A stretch of DNA of 25,396 nucleotides from an uncultured Bacteroidota bacterium (GTDB lineage: Bacteria > CLD3 > SB21): NCBI GenBank assembly GCA_964535295.1, contig CAZHUW010000004.1, positions 1 to 25,396 on the forward strand. Direction: 5' to 3'. Below, piece after piece: positions 16,777 through 25,396 of the stretch. The position numbers and the translations under genes were made by a program. How positions within the stretch are numbered: the stretch's first letter is position 1; every line of letters begins with the position of its first letter. The notes beneath the pieces were generated by a model. That model saw nothing but the letters and a program-made list of their open reading frames with translations, was not told where the DNA came from and searched no databases.

Positions 16777-18027
16777 TTAAATGACCCCGATCTTCCGGCC
16801 TTCTGATTCCAATACTTCCAGCGCCTTATCGAGATCTGCTTTCGTATGTTTCGCGCTGATCGTGCAGCGTAGTCTTTCTTCGCCTTTGGCGACGGCAGGA
16901 TATACCATCGGGAGCATCAGCACGCCGTTGGCAAAAAGTTTCTTCGACAGATACATGGTTTTCTCGCTGTCGCCGAAGATGATGGGTACGATCGGCGTAG
17001 CGCTGTCACCGTAATTAAAACCTAACCGTTTAAGGTGGGATTTAAAGTAGGCTTCGTTTTCGCGCAAATTCTGAAGATGCTGCGGTTCCGTCTGAATGAT
17101 ATCAATTATTTTTGAAACCGAAACAATGTTAGAAACTGGAGGTGCCGCAGAGAACATAAAACTGCGGGCTTTGTGTTTAATGTGTGAAATAACGTCCTTT
17201 TGCCCGGTGACAAAGCCGCCGACGCAGCCCAGGGCTTTGCTGAACGTGCCCATCAAAAGATCAATATGCTCTTCCAATCCGTAATGTTCGGCCGTTCCTC
17301 GACCGGTTTTCCCGAGTACGCCGGTACCGTGCGCATCATCAATGGCGACACAGGCATCGTATTTTTCCGCAATCTTTACAAAGGCCGGAAGATTACAAAT
17401 ATCGCCGTCCATGCTGTATACGCCTTCAACGATAATAATAACCTTTTTTCCTTTATTAGTGCTTGACTCGACAATCGATTCAAGACTGACCGGGTCGTTA
17501 TGACGAAAATATCTTATCTGCCCGTCCAGCATTTTGGAGGAACCCCGTGTCATGGGTGTTCCAACCGATAACGCACATCCGTCAAGAATGCACGCATGAC
17601 TTAGCTTATCGATAGCTAAGACGATATCATCTTCAACCGAATCGTCTGCTTTAACCAATAAGGAAGAAACGGTTCCGAGCAAGGTCTGGTAACCGGTGGT
17701 AAATACGATACAGGATTCTTTCCCTTTCCATGCGGCGATCTTCTCTTCCAGCTTGACATGTTCGACCGTTGTGCCCACGACGTACCGTGAGCCGCATAAA
17801 CCGGAACCGTAAGTATCTAATGCCTTTTTTGCTTCGGCAATCACGCGGGGGTCGTGTGTCAGACCCAAATAATCATTGGAAGAGAAATTGACAAGGCTTT
17901 TACCATCAACCTTGATGTAAGTTCCGGTTTGTTCTAATTCAGTAAAGTAACTATAAAGTCCTTTAGCTTTTATGTCATCAACAAAATTTGAAAACGGCTG
18001 GCATTTTTCAACGAGCCACGAACTCAT
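16777..18027 (-). CDS. PLP-dependent alpha-oxoamine synthase family enzyme (BioF/Kbl/serine palmitoyltransferase-like class-II aminotransferase)
   Basis: DDAHGTGVLG and the PLP-lysine motif GTFSKALG. 416 aa. The subfamily cannot be assigned by eye. Confidence 0.85.
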   Translation of the reverse strand: MSSWLVEKCQPFSNFVDDIKAKGLYSYFTELEQTGTYIKVDGKSLVNFSSNDYLGLTHDPRVIAEAKKALDTYGSGLCGSRYVVGTTVEHVKLEEKIAAWKGKESCIVFTTGYQTLLGTVSSLLVKADDSVEDDIVLAIDKLSHACILDGCALSVGTPMTRGSSKMLDGQIRYFRHNDPVSLESIVESSTNKGKKVIIIVEGVYSMDGDICNLPAFVKIAEKYDACVAIDDAHGTGVLGKTGRGTAEHYGLEEHIDLLMGTFSKALGCVGGFVTGQKDVISHIKHKARSFMFSAAPPVSNIVSVSKIIDIIQTEPQHLQNLRENEAYFKSHLKRLGFNYGDSATPIVPIIFGDSEKTMYLSKKLFANGVLMLPMVYPAVAKGEERLRCTISAKHTKADLDKALEVLESEGRKIGVI

Positions 18028-18171
18028 ACGAATCTCCGGTTAAATAGTCACAAAAATCACAAGACTGAACAATTAACGTATTTTCATTGAAAAAGTAAAG
18101 TAATTTTTGTACGGCACTTAGAGCCATAGACGATGTTTTACAGCGGATAATTCTGCCGTTTAGGTATGTAA

Positions 18172-18214
18172 GAAATAAAAAAGCAGCCGTGGATTTCTCC
18201 TCGACTGCTTTACC
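18172..18214 (-). terminator. Candidate intrinsic terminator downstream of ftsZ (minus strand)
   Basis: Minus strand reads AAGCAGTCG ... CGGCTGCTT followed by TTTTTTATTT. The stem has one G-U pair. Confidence 0.4.
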
Positions 18215-18259
18215 CTGTCTTTTCAGCCCTAATAGGCTGGAGAGAGAAAGACAATATTT

Positions 18260-19495
18260 TTATTTTTTCAGCTTAGTATGATTGCGTATGAAAGTTGGTA
18301 TATTCCGGTCCTCGAGCGAATCCGTACCGGTCATTTTTAACTGTTCCTGTTCATCCTGTATACCCGTCTCTTCTTCAACTTCTTCGATCCGCTGAATAGC
18401 CGGAACATCGAGTCCCTTATAACGATTGGATCGTATGTCCTTGAGGTGTTCGGTATATTTGATGGTCCTCTTCGTAATCGACAATGGGGATGATGAGTCA
18501 TCGGCGGAATGGACGGTACCCGGGTTTTTAGCATAACGGTGGCGATTCAATCCCGCCGCAATAACGGTGACGTGCACTTCATTCTTGAGTGTTTCGTCGA
18601 CGCCGTAACCCCAGATAACGTCCGCATCTTCACCTGCCACGCCGGTGATCAGGTTGGATATCTGATCTACTTCTTCGGTCGTAAAATCCATCGGACAGGT
18701 CAGATTGAGCAGAACACCCGTCGCGCCTTCAATGCTTGTTTCTTCCAGAAGCGGGCTGTTGATCGCCTGTTTGACGGCTTCTTCGCCACGTCTTTCGCCG
18801 GTTCCGATTCCCATGCCCATGATCGCATCGCCCGCGCCGCTCATGATCTTTTTCACATCGGCGAAATCCACATTGACATAACCGGTATTGGAGATCAGAT
18901 CCGCGATGCCTTTGGTTGCGCGATAGAGTACATCATCTGCAGCTTTGAAAGCCTGTATAAAAGGCGTATTCTTCGGCATGACCATGAGAAGCTTTTCGTT
19001 AGGTATGACGATCAACGTATCCACCATGCCGCGTAATTCCTCCACGCCGATCATGGCCTGTTTCATACGTTTCCCTTTTTCAAAATTGAACGGTTTTGTC
19101 ACGATCCCTATGGTCAATGCACCCATACTTTTTGCGACTTCTGCAATGATCGGCGCGGCACCCGTCCCGGTGCCTCCGCCCATACCGCACGTGATAAAAA
19201 CCAGATCGGAGCCTTCCAGAACGCTTTTAACCTGATCTATGTCCTCTTCTGCTGCACGTTTACCGATCTCCGGATTGGCGCCTGCGCCCAATCCTCGTGT
19301 CAGGGTTCGGCCAATCTGGATTTTGTGCTGCGCTTTGTTTGAGTCAAGCGCCTGCAAGTCCGTATTGATGGCAATGAATTCCACGCCGTTGAGGCTGGAA
19401 CTGATCATGGTATTTACCGCGTTGCATCCGCCGCCGCCAATACCTACGATGCGCATCTTGGCACCGTATTCTCTCGCTTCATCGTAAGTGATCAT
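18260..19495 (-). CDS. ftsZ: Cell division GTPase FtsZ
   Basis: [10 protein letters not shown] tubulin signature and [17 protein letters not shown] ribosome-binding site. Confidence 0.97.
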   Translation of the reverse strand: MITYDEAREYGAKMRIVGIGGGGCNAVNTMISSSLNGVEFIAINTDLQALDSNKAQHKIQIGRTLTRGLGAGANPEIGKRAAEEDIDQVKSVLEGSDLVFITCGMGGGTGTGAAPIIAEVAKSMGALTIGIVTKPFNFEKGKRMKQAMIGVEELRGMVDTLIVIPNEKLLMVMPKNTPFIQAFKAADDVLYRATKGIADLISNTGYVNVDFADVKKIMSGAGDAIMGMGIGTGERRGEEAVKQAINSPLLEETSIEGATGVLLNLTCPMDFTTEEVDQISNLITGVAGEDADVIWGYGVDETLKNEVHVTVIAAGLNRHRYAKNPGTVHSADDSSSPLSITKRTIKYTEHLKDIRSNRYKGLDVPAIQRIEEVEEETGIQDEQEQLKMTGTDSLEDRNIPTFIRNHTKLKK

Positions 19496-19550
19496 AACTC
19501 CTCCGAGTTTTATTAAAGAACGGTTTCATTTCTACATTTTCTTAAAATTG

Positions 19551-20870
19551 CTAAAAGAATTCATCCAGCCATTTTTTCATACGGTCGGTGATCTTTCCGT
19601 ACAGTTTTCCCTGGTATTCTCCGGTCAGAGATTGTTCATTGAGCGCATCCGTATGCGACGCGCGCTGCTCCGACGTATCGTCGTCCGCCGGTTCATCCAC
19701 ATTTTCAAAATCCTCATGGACCTGAAGTTTATTCTTCTGAATACCGTAATGGATAAGGCCTATTCCGGTCGCATAAATAGGATTGCTTGCGGCATCCATG
19801 AGACCGCCGAAACCCCGCGGATAACCGATGCGCACTGGCATTTTAAAGATATCCATAGCGAGTTCGACCGAACCCTGGAGCAGGGACCCGCCGCCGGTCA
19901 GCACCACGCCTGCATTCATTAGGTTACTCATTTTGTTGTTCTGCATGCTGTAAAGTACCAGATTAAATATTTCACCCATGCGGGCCTCAATGATCTTTGC
20001 CAGGAATTTCTTCTGGATCTGACGGGGTGCACGTCCGCCGACAACCGGGATCTCGATCATCTCGGACTCATCGACCAGCGAGCCCATCGCACAACCGTAA
20101 GATTTCTTGAGTTCTTCGGCTTTATCGTACGGCGTTTTCAGAACAATTGAAATATCATTACTGACCTGTTGACCAGCGAGTCCGAGCATATCGGTTGCGC
20201 GAATGCTGCCGTCAAAAAACATCGCAATATCCGTGGTGCCGCCTCCTATGTCGATGAGCGTTACACCAAGCTCCTGTTCCTCGCGATCCAGTACGGCATA
20301 ACTGGAAGCCAGCGGTTCTAGCACAAGGTCTTTTACTTTGTACCCTGCGCGGGTAACGCAACGAAAAATATTTTGCGCGGATGCTACCGCTCCGGTAACA
20401 ACATGCGCTTCGACCTCCAGACGGGTTCCGGTCAAACCGATCGGGTTGCGAATACCTTCCTGCGTATCGACGATGAATTCCTGGGGAATCACATGTATGA
20501 TCTCGCGGTCCATCGGCATCGTAATGGCCTTGGCGGCATCAATGGCGCGGCGGACATCGTCTTCCGTGATCTCATGATCGTCGCGTCCAACGGCAACAAC
20601 GGCGTGGCTGTTGATACCGCGTACATGATCGCCTGCGATCCCAACATATACCGAATCTACCGTGACCCCGGCCATGAGTTCGGCCTGATTGATGGCTTTT
20701 CTGATGGACTCCACGGTATGTTCGATATTGACCACCATGCCGCGTTTCAAACCGACGGACGGGTAATTTCCGACGCCGATCAGTTTGATCTCCTTACCGC
20801 TCAGCACGGCGATCAGAGCGGCGATCTTTGTGGTTCCTATATCCAAACCAACCACAATATTATTTTCCAT
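19551..20870 (-). CDS. ftsA: Cell division protein FtsA (actin-like ATPase)
   Basis: VGLDIGTTKIAALIA phosphate-1 motif, and DIGGGTTD. Confidence 0.95.
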   Translation of the reverse strand: MENNIVVGLDIGTTKIAALIAVLSGKEIKLIGVGNYPSVGLKRGMVVNIEHTVESIRKAINQAELMAGVTVDSVYVGIAGDHVRGINSHAVVAVGRDDHEITEDDVRRAIDAAKAITMPMDREIIHVIPQEFIVDTQEGIRNPIGLTGTRLEVEAHVVTGAVASAQNIFRCVTRAGYKVKDLVLEPLASSYAVLDREEQELGVTLIDIGGGTTDIAMFFDGSIRATDMLGLAGQQVSNDISIVLKTPYDKAEELKKSYGCAMGSLVDESEMIEIPVVGGRAPRQIQKKFLAKIIEARMGEIFNLVLYSMQNNKMSNLMNAGVVLTGGGSLLQGSVELAMDIFKMPVRIGYPRGFGGLMDAASNPIYATGIGLIHYGIQKNKLQVHEDFENVDEPADDDTSEQRASHTDALNEQSLTGEYQGKLYGKITDRMKKWLDEFF

Positions 20871-20895
20871 GAGGCACCTTTAACAATAAGTTGAA

Positions 20896-22062
20896 TTAAT
20901 TTTTAACTAAAATTTGACCTTCGTATCGCAGGTCGATCTCTTTGATCTTATCGGTATTTTCGTTTTGTTTGAAATACGGCAGCGCTGTGCCCAGATAAAT
21001 AACGGAACGATCCGGATTTTCTTCGTCAATTTTGACGGTTGCATGCATAGAATTAAGATACACGTTCATGTCCTCTTTTTTAATGTTGATCTCGGATATC
21101 TCATAATACACCGCTTCGTCAAGCAGTTTGGCCTTTTCCAGGAACTGCAGGGCAAGCATCAGCTTTGGAGAACTTAATCTCTTTCCGGGCGTAGCAACGG
21201 CATTGATCCCGGATATAATCGGCAGATTATAGATCATTTTCGCTTTAAGTTTCGGGAGAACGAACCCGTTATTGTCGACAGCATAAAGTTCATCCAGTAG
21301 AACAAAGGCGAACGGCTGACGTTCTGTGACATGGATGACGATGCTGGAAGGATAGTTTCGACTGACCGTAACGGTTTTGAATATGGGATTCATCTTGATT
21401 CTTTCGGCCGTTTTCGCCACGTTTACTTCTGCCAAACGAACGCCCATATCCAGGTCTGCGGCTTTAAGGATTTCGTCTTTATTGCTCATAAGGCTGCCCT
21501 GAACGGAGACATTTTTTAGTGTGAACAAAGAGGAATTGATAACCCAATCCTGCCAGTTCCATAACAACAGAACAGCAAATGACAACATAACAACCGTAAG
21601 AACCTTCAGGTTACGTTTATGGCGGATATTCCTTTGTATAACCAGTTCCTCCTGCAGGATTCTTTCTTCATAGGTTTTTTTCTGCGCTTCATTCAAATAG
21701 AATCCGTCGGAGAAATCACGGTTGATGATCAGGTTTTCCCTGTCAGTCTTCAGAACTGGTTTTGGTTCGGGCTCTGCTTCCGGTTGCTTCTCCGACAATC
21801 CGATCTCTTCACGCTCCGTTGTATCATTAGAAAGAGAGGGAATGACCAGTTCTTTTACCTGATTCCCGGTCGTATCTTCCTGAAGGGTTTCAATCTCATC
21901 CATGGACCTCATCAGGATCGGGTTTTCGAAACCGCGCGTGACCGTGATCTTTTCGAATGAAAATGGAACGTCCGAAGACGGCGTGTTATTCGGGTCGGGC
22001 GTCAAAATCTCTTCCTGCACAAAAAGATCGACTTGTGTTGTTATTCTTTTTTTTCGGATCAT
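20896..22062 (-). CDS. ftsQ: Cell division protein FtsQ/DivIB-like, with an unusually long (about 150 aa) Glu/Pro-rich cytoplasmic N-terminal extension before the single TM helix
   Basis: Single TM LKVLTVVMLSFAVLLLW followed by a POTRA-like region. Conserved position between murB and ftsA. Confidence 0.7.
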   Translation of the reverse strand: MIRKKRITTQVDLFVQEEILTPDPNNTPSSDVPFSFEKITVTRGFENPILMRSMDEIETLQEDTTGNQVKELVIPSLSNDTTEREEIGLSEKQPEAEPEPKPVLKTDRENLIINRDFSDGFYLNEAQKKTYEERILQEELVIQRNIRHKRNLKVLTVVMLSFAVLLLWNWQDWVINSSLFTLKNVSVQGSLMSNKDEILKAADLDMGVRLAEVNVAKTAERIKMNPIFKTVTVSRNYPSSIVIHVTERQPFAFVLLDELYAVDNNGFVLPKLKAKMIYNLPIISGINAVATPGKRLSSPKLMLALQFLEKAKLLDEAVYYEISEINIKKEDMNVYLNSMHATVKIDEENPDRSVIYLGTALPYFKQNENTDKIKEIDLRYEGQILVKN

Positions 22063-22064
22063 AG

Positions 22065-22991
22065 TTATATCAGATTGCTTAATTCGTTCTGTGTAAAGCC
22101 GACGAGTTTGACCTCTAATTCCAAAGCAATACCGAATTTATTGTATACGGCGTTCTTAATATGTTTCATGACTGCCAATACATCCGATGCCTTTGCTCCG
22201 CCTTCATTGACGATAAAATTTGCATGTTTATCCGATACAGATGCTTGCCCGATCCGATAGCCTTTGAGTCCGCATTGATCAATAAGGCGCGCCGCGTGAT
22301 CGTTCTTGGGGTTCTTGAACACGCTGCCGGAACTGGGCAAATTGATCGGCTGTGTTTGTTGGCGTTTTTTCATAAATTCTTTTCTGCGTTCAGCTAACAA
22401 ATGGGTATCGGTTCTTTCCAATTTCATCATGCCTGACAATATGACCATTGACGGATCGTCAAAAGTTTTCACATGCCTGTACCCGAATTCGATCTGTTCT
22501 TTCGTCAAAGTGTTGATCCGGCCGTGATGCGATACGGTTACTTCGGTCAACACATCGAAAATTTCTTTTCCGTGACAACCTGCGTTCATCTTAATCGCTC
22601 CGCCAACGGAACCGGGGATTCCAGCGAACATCTCGATCCCGCCGAGTCCTGATTTTTCACATTCCAAAACAAGTTTAGGCATATAAAAACCGGCGCCAAC
22701 GCTCACGTTTAAGCCATCCATCTTTATTAAAGAACACGCTTGAGATAAATCGATCACAAATCCTTTGATGCCGTTATCGCTGATCAGGAGATTACTGCCT
22801 TTCCCATGAATGAAATAAGGCCGTTGAGTCTGCTCACAATGGGCAATGAGTTTCGTGAGTTCTTCAACATCATTGGGCACGCAGTAATGATCGCAAGTTC
22901 CTCCGATCTGATACCATGTATGTTTCGATAACAATTCGTTTTCAAATATTGAGCCTCTAAAAAAAGTCCTTATTTGTCCGGTTTCCGACAC
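22065..22991 (-). CDS. murB: UDP-N-acetylenolpyruvoylglucosamine reductase
   Basis: MurB motif GIPGSVGGAIKMNAG. GTG start. The stop is 2 nt before the ftsQ start. Confidence 0.9.
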   Translation of the reverse strand: MSETGQIRTFFRGSIFENELLSKHTWYQIGGTCDHYCVPNDVEELTKLIAHCEQTQRPYFIHGKGSNLLISDNGIKGFVIDLSQACSLIKMDGLNVSVGAGFYMPKLVLECEKSGLGGIEMFAGIPGSVGGAIKMNAGCHGKEIFDVLTEVTVSHHGRINTLTKEQIEFGYRHVKTFDDPSMVILSGMMKLERTDTHLLAERRKEFMKKRQQTQPINLPSSGSVFKNPKNDHAARLIDQCGLKGYRIGQASVSDKHANFIVNEGGAKASDVLAVMKHIKNAVYNKFGIALELEVKLVGFTQNELSNLI

Positions 22992-22997
22992 GTTTTC

Positions 22998-24362
22998 TTA
23001 CGCTGTTTTTTTTGTGAACAGGGAGCGCCCAACGTGCGTGATGTCGCCGGCGCCCATCGTAATGACGAGATCACCGCTTCGCGCTTCCTTCATGATCTCT
23101 TTGGTCAGGCCGTTCTTATCGGGCACGTAAACAACGTGTTCATGGTGTTTTTTGGTTTCATCAAATAACCGTTTTCCGTCAATACCTTGGATCGGTTTCT
23201 CGCGCGCCGCATATATATCGGTCAATATCACCGCATCCGCATCGGCAAACGATAGGGCAAAATCATTGAGATAATCGCGGGTGCGGGAATAGAGATGCGG
23301 CTGGAACACAGCGATAATACGATGTTCCGGCCATCCTTGTCGCGCTCCTCTAAGTGTGGCGCGGATCTCCGTCGGATGATGGGCGTAATCATCGATCCAG
23401 GTGACAGAGTTGAGTGTTCCCAGAATTTCGAAACGCCGTGCCGTGCCTTCAAATTTTGCTAAACTTTCAACAATCTTATTGAATGGGATATTCAGTTCCA
23501 TGCCGATCCCGATACAAGCCAATGCATTTCGGACATTATGTTCGCCGCTCAAATGGAGTTGAATGGTTCCCATCGGATTACGGTCATAAACAACGTCAAA
23601 GGTCATATGGTCGTGAGTTTGTTTTATGTTTGCCGCACGCAGGTTTGCCCGTTCCGATAAGCCGAACGTCATCACCCGTCTTGTGATGGCCTGCATCAGT
23701 TTTTGTGAATGTGAATCGTCGATATTGATCCAAACACTTCCAAACATAGACGTTTGATTTGCAAATTTTTCAAAGGTTTGTTTTATATCTTCCAGATCGC
23801 GGTAACAATCCAGATGATCCGATTCGATATTATTGATCACCGAAATGAATGGGTGCAATTCAAGGAGCGACCGATCGTATTCGTCAGCTTCAACTACGAC
23901 ATGTTCTCCTGTGCCCCATTTTGCATTGGTTTTTAATCCTTTCAGAATCCCCCCGACAAACATGGTCGGTTGCAATCCGGCATATTCAAGCATCATGCCG
24001 ATCATGGCCGTGGTGGTTGTTTTGCCATGCGTTCCGCTTACCGCGATGCCTTTTTTGATTCGGACAAATTCACCTAACAGTGCCGCCCGTTTGATCGTCG
24101 GGATATTTCTCCGCTTTGCTTCCATAATCTCCGGATTGTCCGTCGAGGCGGCGGAGGTGTATACCAGCAGGTCGCAATCAACATGTTTTGTGTCGTGACC
24201 TTGATAGCATACAATACCCAGTGAAGAAAGATGCTCCGTGATCTCGCTCAATGCGCGGTCCGATCCGGTTACGGTGTAACCTTGTCGGTGCATGATCTCG
24301 GCCAATCCGCTCATGCCGATCCCGCCAATACCGACGAAATGTATTTTTTTGATCTTAGTCAT
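22998..24362 (-). CDS. murC: UDP-N-acetylmuramate--L-alanine ligase
   Basis: N-terminal HFVGIGGIGMSGLAEI and P-loop GTHGKTTTT. The start overlaps the murG stop by 4 nt. Confidence 0.95.
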   Translation of the reverse strand: MTKIKKIHFVGIGGIGMSGLAEIMHRQGYTVTGSDRALSEITEHLSSLGIVCYQGHDTKHVDCDLLVYTSAASTDNPEIMEAKRRNIPTIKRAALLGEFVRIKKGIAVSGTHGKTTTTAMIGMMLEYAGLQPTMFVGGILKGLKTNAKWGTGEHVVVEADEYDRSLLELHPFISVINNIESDHLDCYRDLEDIKQTFEKFANQTSMFGSVWINIDDSHSQKLMQAITRRVMTFGLSERANLRAANIKQTHDHMTFDVVYDRNPMGTIQLHLSGEHNVRNALACIGIGMELNIPFNKIVESLAKFEGTARRFEILGTLNSVTWIDDYAHHPTEIRATLRGARQGWPEHRIIAVFQPHLYSRTRDYLNDFALSFADADAVILTDIYAAREKPIQGIDGKRLFDETKKHHEHVVYVPDKNGLTKEIMKEARSGDLVITMGAGDITHVGRSLFTKKTA

Positions 24363-25396
24363 TCTATTTTTAAAAGAGCCTTCATATTATCTACAATCTT
24401 TTTTGCGGCGTCCGGTTGACGCAAAGCAAAGCTGTTTTGTTTCATCTTTCTCAGCTTCTCCGGGTTTTTCATCAGATCAAATAACACCGGTCTGAGCTCT
24501 TTCCCCAGGTCCGAATTTTTTATCATCACTGCGGCGTTCCGTTCGGTTAAGGAGTTGGCATTGAATTCCTGATGATTATCCGCCGCGTAAGGATAGGGGA
24601 CCAAAACGGCCGGAAGCCCTAACATCGTTATCTCGGAAAGCGTCATTGCTCCGGCGCGGCATAACACGAGATCGGCACAGGAATAAGCCGCGGACATGTT
24701 GTCTATGAATTTGTGGATCTTAACCTGTTCGTGCTTCACTTTTGCCGCGATCCCTTCGTGATCATTTTTTCCTGTTTGCCAAAGAACATTGATATCGCCG
24801 AGTCCAACCAGCTCATCGACTATTTCCAATAAAGCCATGTTGACCGCATGTGCGCCGAGACTTCCTCCGACAACCAATAACGTTTTGTTATTGGTATGCA
24901 AGCCGAAGAACCGGGATGCTTCCTGACGATCAATCTTTTGTAATCCCTTGCGTAACGGGTTGCCGCTGACCAGTAACTTGTTCTGCTCCTTAAAAAATCT
25001 TTTGGCGTCCTCATACGTCAGGTGAACAGAGTCAACGTATTTTGAAAGGAACAGGGTCGTTCTGCCCGGCCGGCTGTTTTGCTCCTGTATCAGCGTCAGA
25101 ATCTTCAACTTTGCCGCCAACCAGATAACGGGCCCGGTTACGTAACCGCCGCAACCGATCGCCACATCCGGTTTGAAACGGCGAACGATCATCCATGATT
25201 GAATCATGCCAAAGAACAATTTAAAAGGCATCCAAAGGTTTCTAAGCACATCCATCGGAGCAAAACTTCTGGCCAAACCGCTCATCACCACCGTTTTCAG
25301 CTGAAATCCTGCTTGCGGTATGACCCGGTCCTCAAGCCCGCGATTGGTGCCAATGAACAGAATATCAGCATCCGGGAATTGTTCCCGAATTTCCTC
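24359..25396 (-). CDS. murG: Undecaprenyl-PP-MurNAc-pentapeptide GlcNAc transferase MurG. The N-terminal part runs beyond the window, so the gene is truncated at the window end.
   Basis: VVGGSLGAHAVN motif. The reading frame stays open to nt 25396 (EEIREQFPDADILFIGTNRG...), which is the typical MurG N-terminus. Confidence 0.9.
   Translation of the reverse strand, partial: EEIREQFPDADILFIGTNRGLEDRVIPQAGFQLKTVVMSGLARSFAPMDVLRNLWMPFKLFFGMIQSWMIVRRFKPDVAIGCGGYVTGPVIWLAAKLKILTLIQEQNSRPGRTTLFLSKYVDSVHLTYEDAKRFFKEQNKLLVSGNPLRKGLQKIDRQEASRFFGLHTNNKTLLVVGGSLGAHAVNMALLEIVDELVGLGDINVLWQTGKNDHEGIAAKVKHEQVKIHKFIDNMSAAYSCADLVLCRAGAMTLSEITMLGLPAVLVPYPYAADNHQEFNANSLTERNAAVMIKNSDLGKELRPVLFDLMKNPEKLRKMKQNSFALRQPDAAKKIVDNMKALLKIE

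Noticed and set aside
18509-20894. Long antisense ORFs within ftsZ and ftsA (18509-19036, 18945-19235, 19239-19487, 19488-19922, 20373-20894)
   Set aside because: They lie opposite the unmistakable FtsZ and FtsA coding frames. Typical GC-rich antisense open frames.
1-25396. Searched by eye for CRISPR arrays, tandem repeats, tRNA or rRNA-like segments, integrase or transposase genes and toxin-antitoxin pairs
   Set aside because: None found. Intergenic regions are short except 5367-5680, 15227-15421 and 18028-18259. These look like ordinary promoter or leader regions (AT-rich, no repeat structure).

Overview
This 25.4 kb bacterial chromosomal window is built on very conserved housekeeping genes. 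A dcw-cluster segment (murG-murC-murB-ftsQ-ftsA-ftsZ) lies on the minus strand. On the plus strand are the translation cluster rplM-rpsI-rpsB-tsf-pyrH-frr, a short primary-type sigma-70 (Bacteroidetes/FCB-like length), rho and etfBA. An alpha-oxoamine synthase gene (minus strand, 16777-18027), an MsbA-like ABC exporter and a 5'-truncated M16 peptidase complete the backbone. Strong Shine-Dalgarno sites and a short SigA suggest a non-Bacteroidia member of the FCB or a related group, but this is inference only.

Embedded in this backbone are two small bacterial-microcompartment (BMC) shell loci. Each is wired to a signalling gene rather than to any recognisable cargo enzyme.

- Minus-strand locus: two PduA/EutM-like BMC-H (hexamer) genes, then a 74-aa unknown protein, then an orphan membrane HAMP-PAS histidine kinase. 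The last two junctions are TAATG stop/start overlaps.
- Plus-strand locus: a membrane GAF-GAF-GGDEF protein, then two EutN/CcmL-type BMC-P (pentamer) genes starting 12 bp after it. The GGDEF active site is degenerate (SNDQF) but the RxxD I-site is intact (RQID). The primary sigma factor and etfBA follow.

No BMC-T shell protein, aldehyde dehydrogenase, PduL or other signature/cargo enzyme, and no response regulator, is present in the window. I consider this regulator-coupled, cargo-less, split shell gene set inside the core genome the most interesting thing here. All domain and family assignments were made by eye from the motifs visible in the translations. No database search was run.
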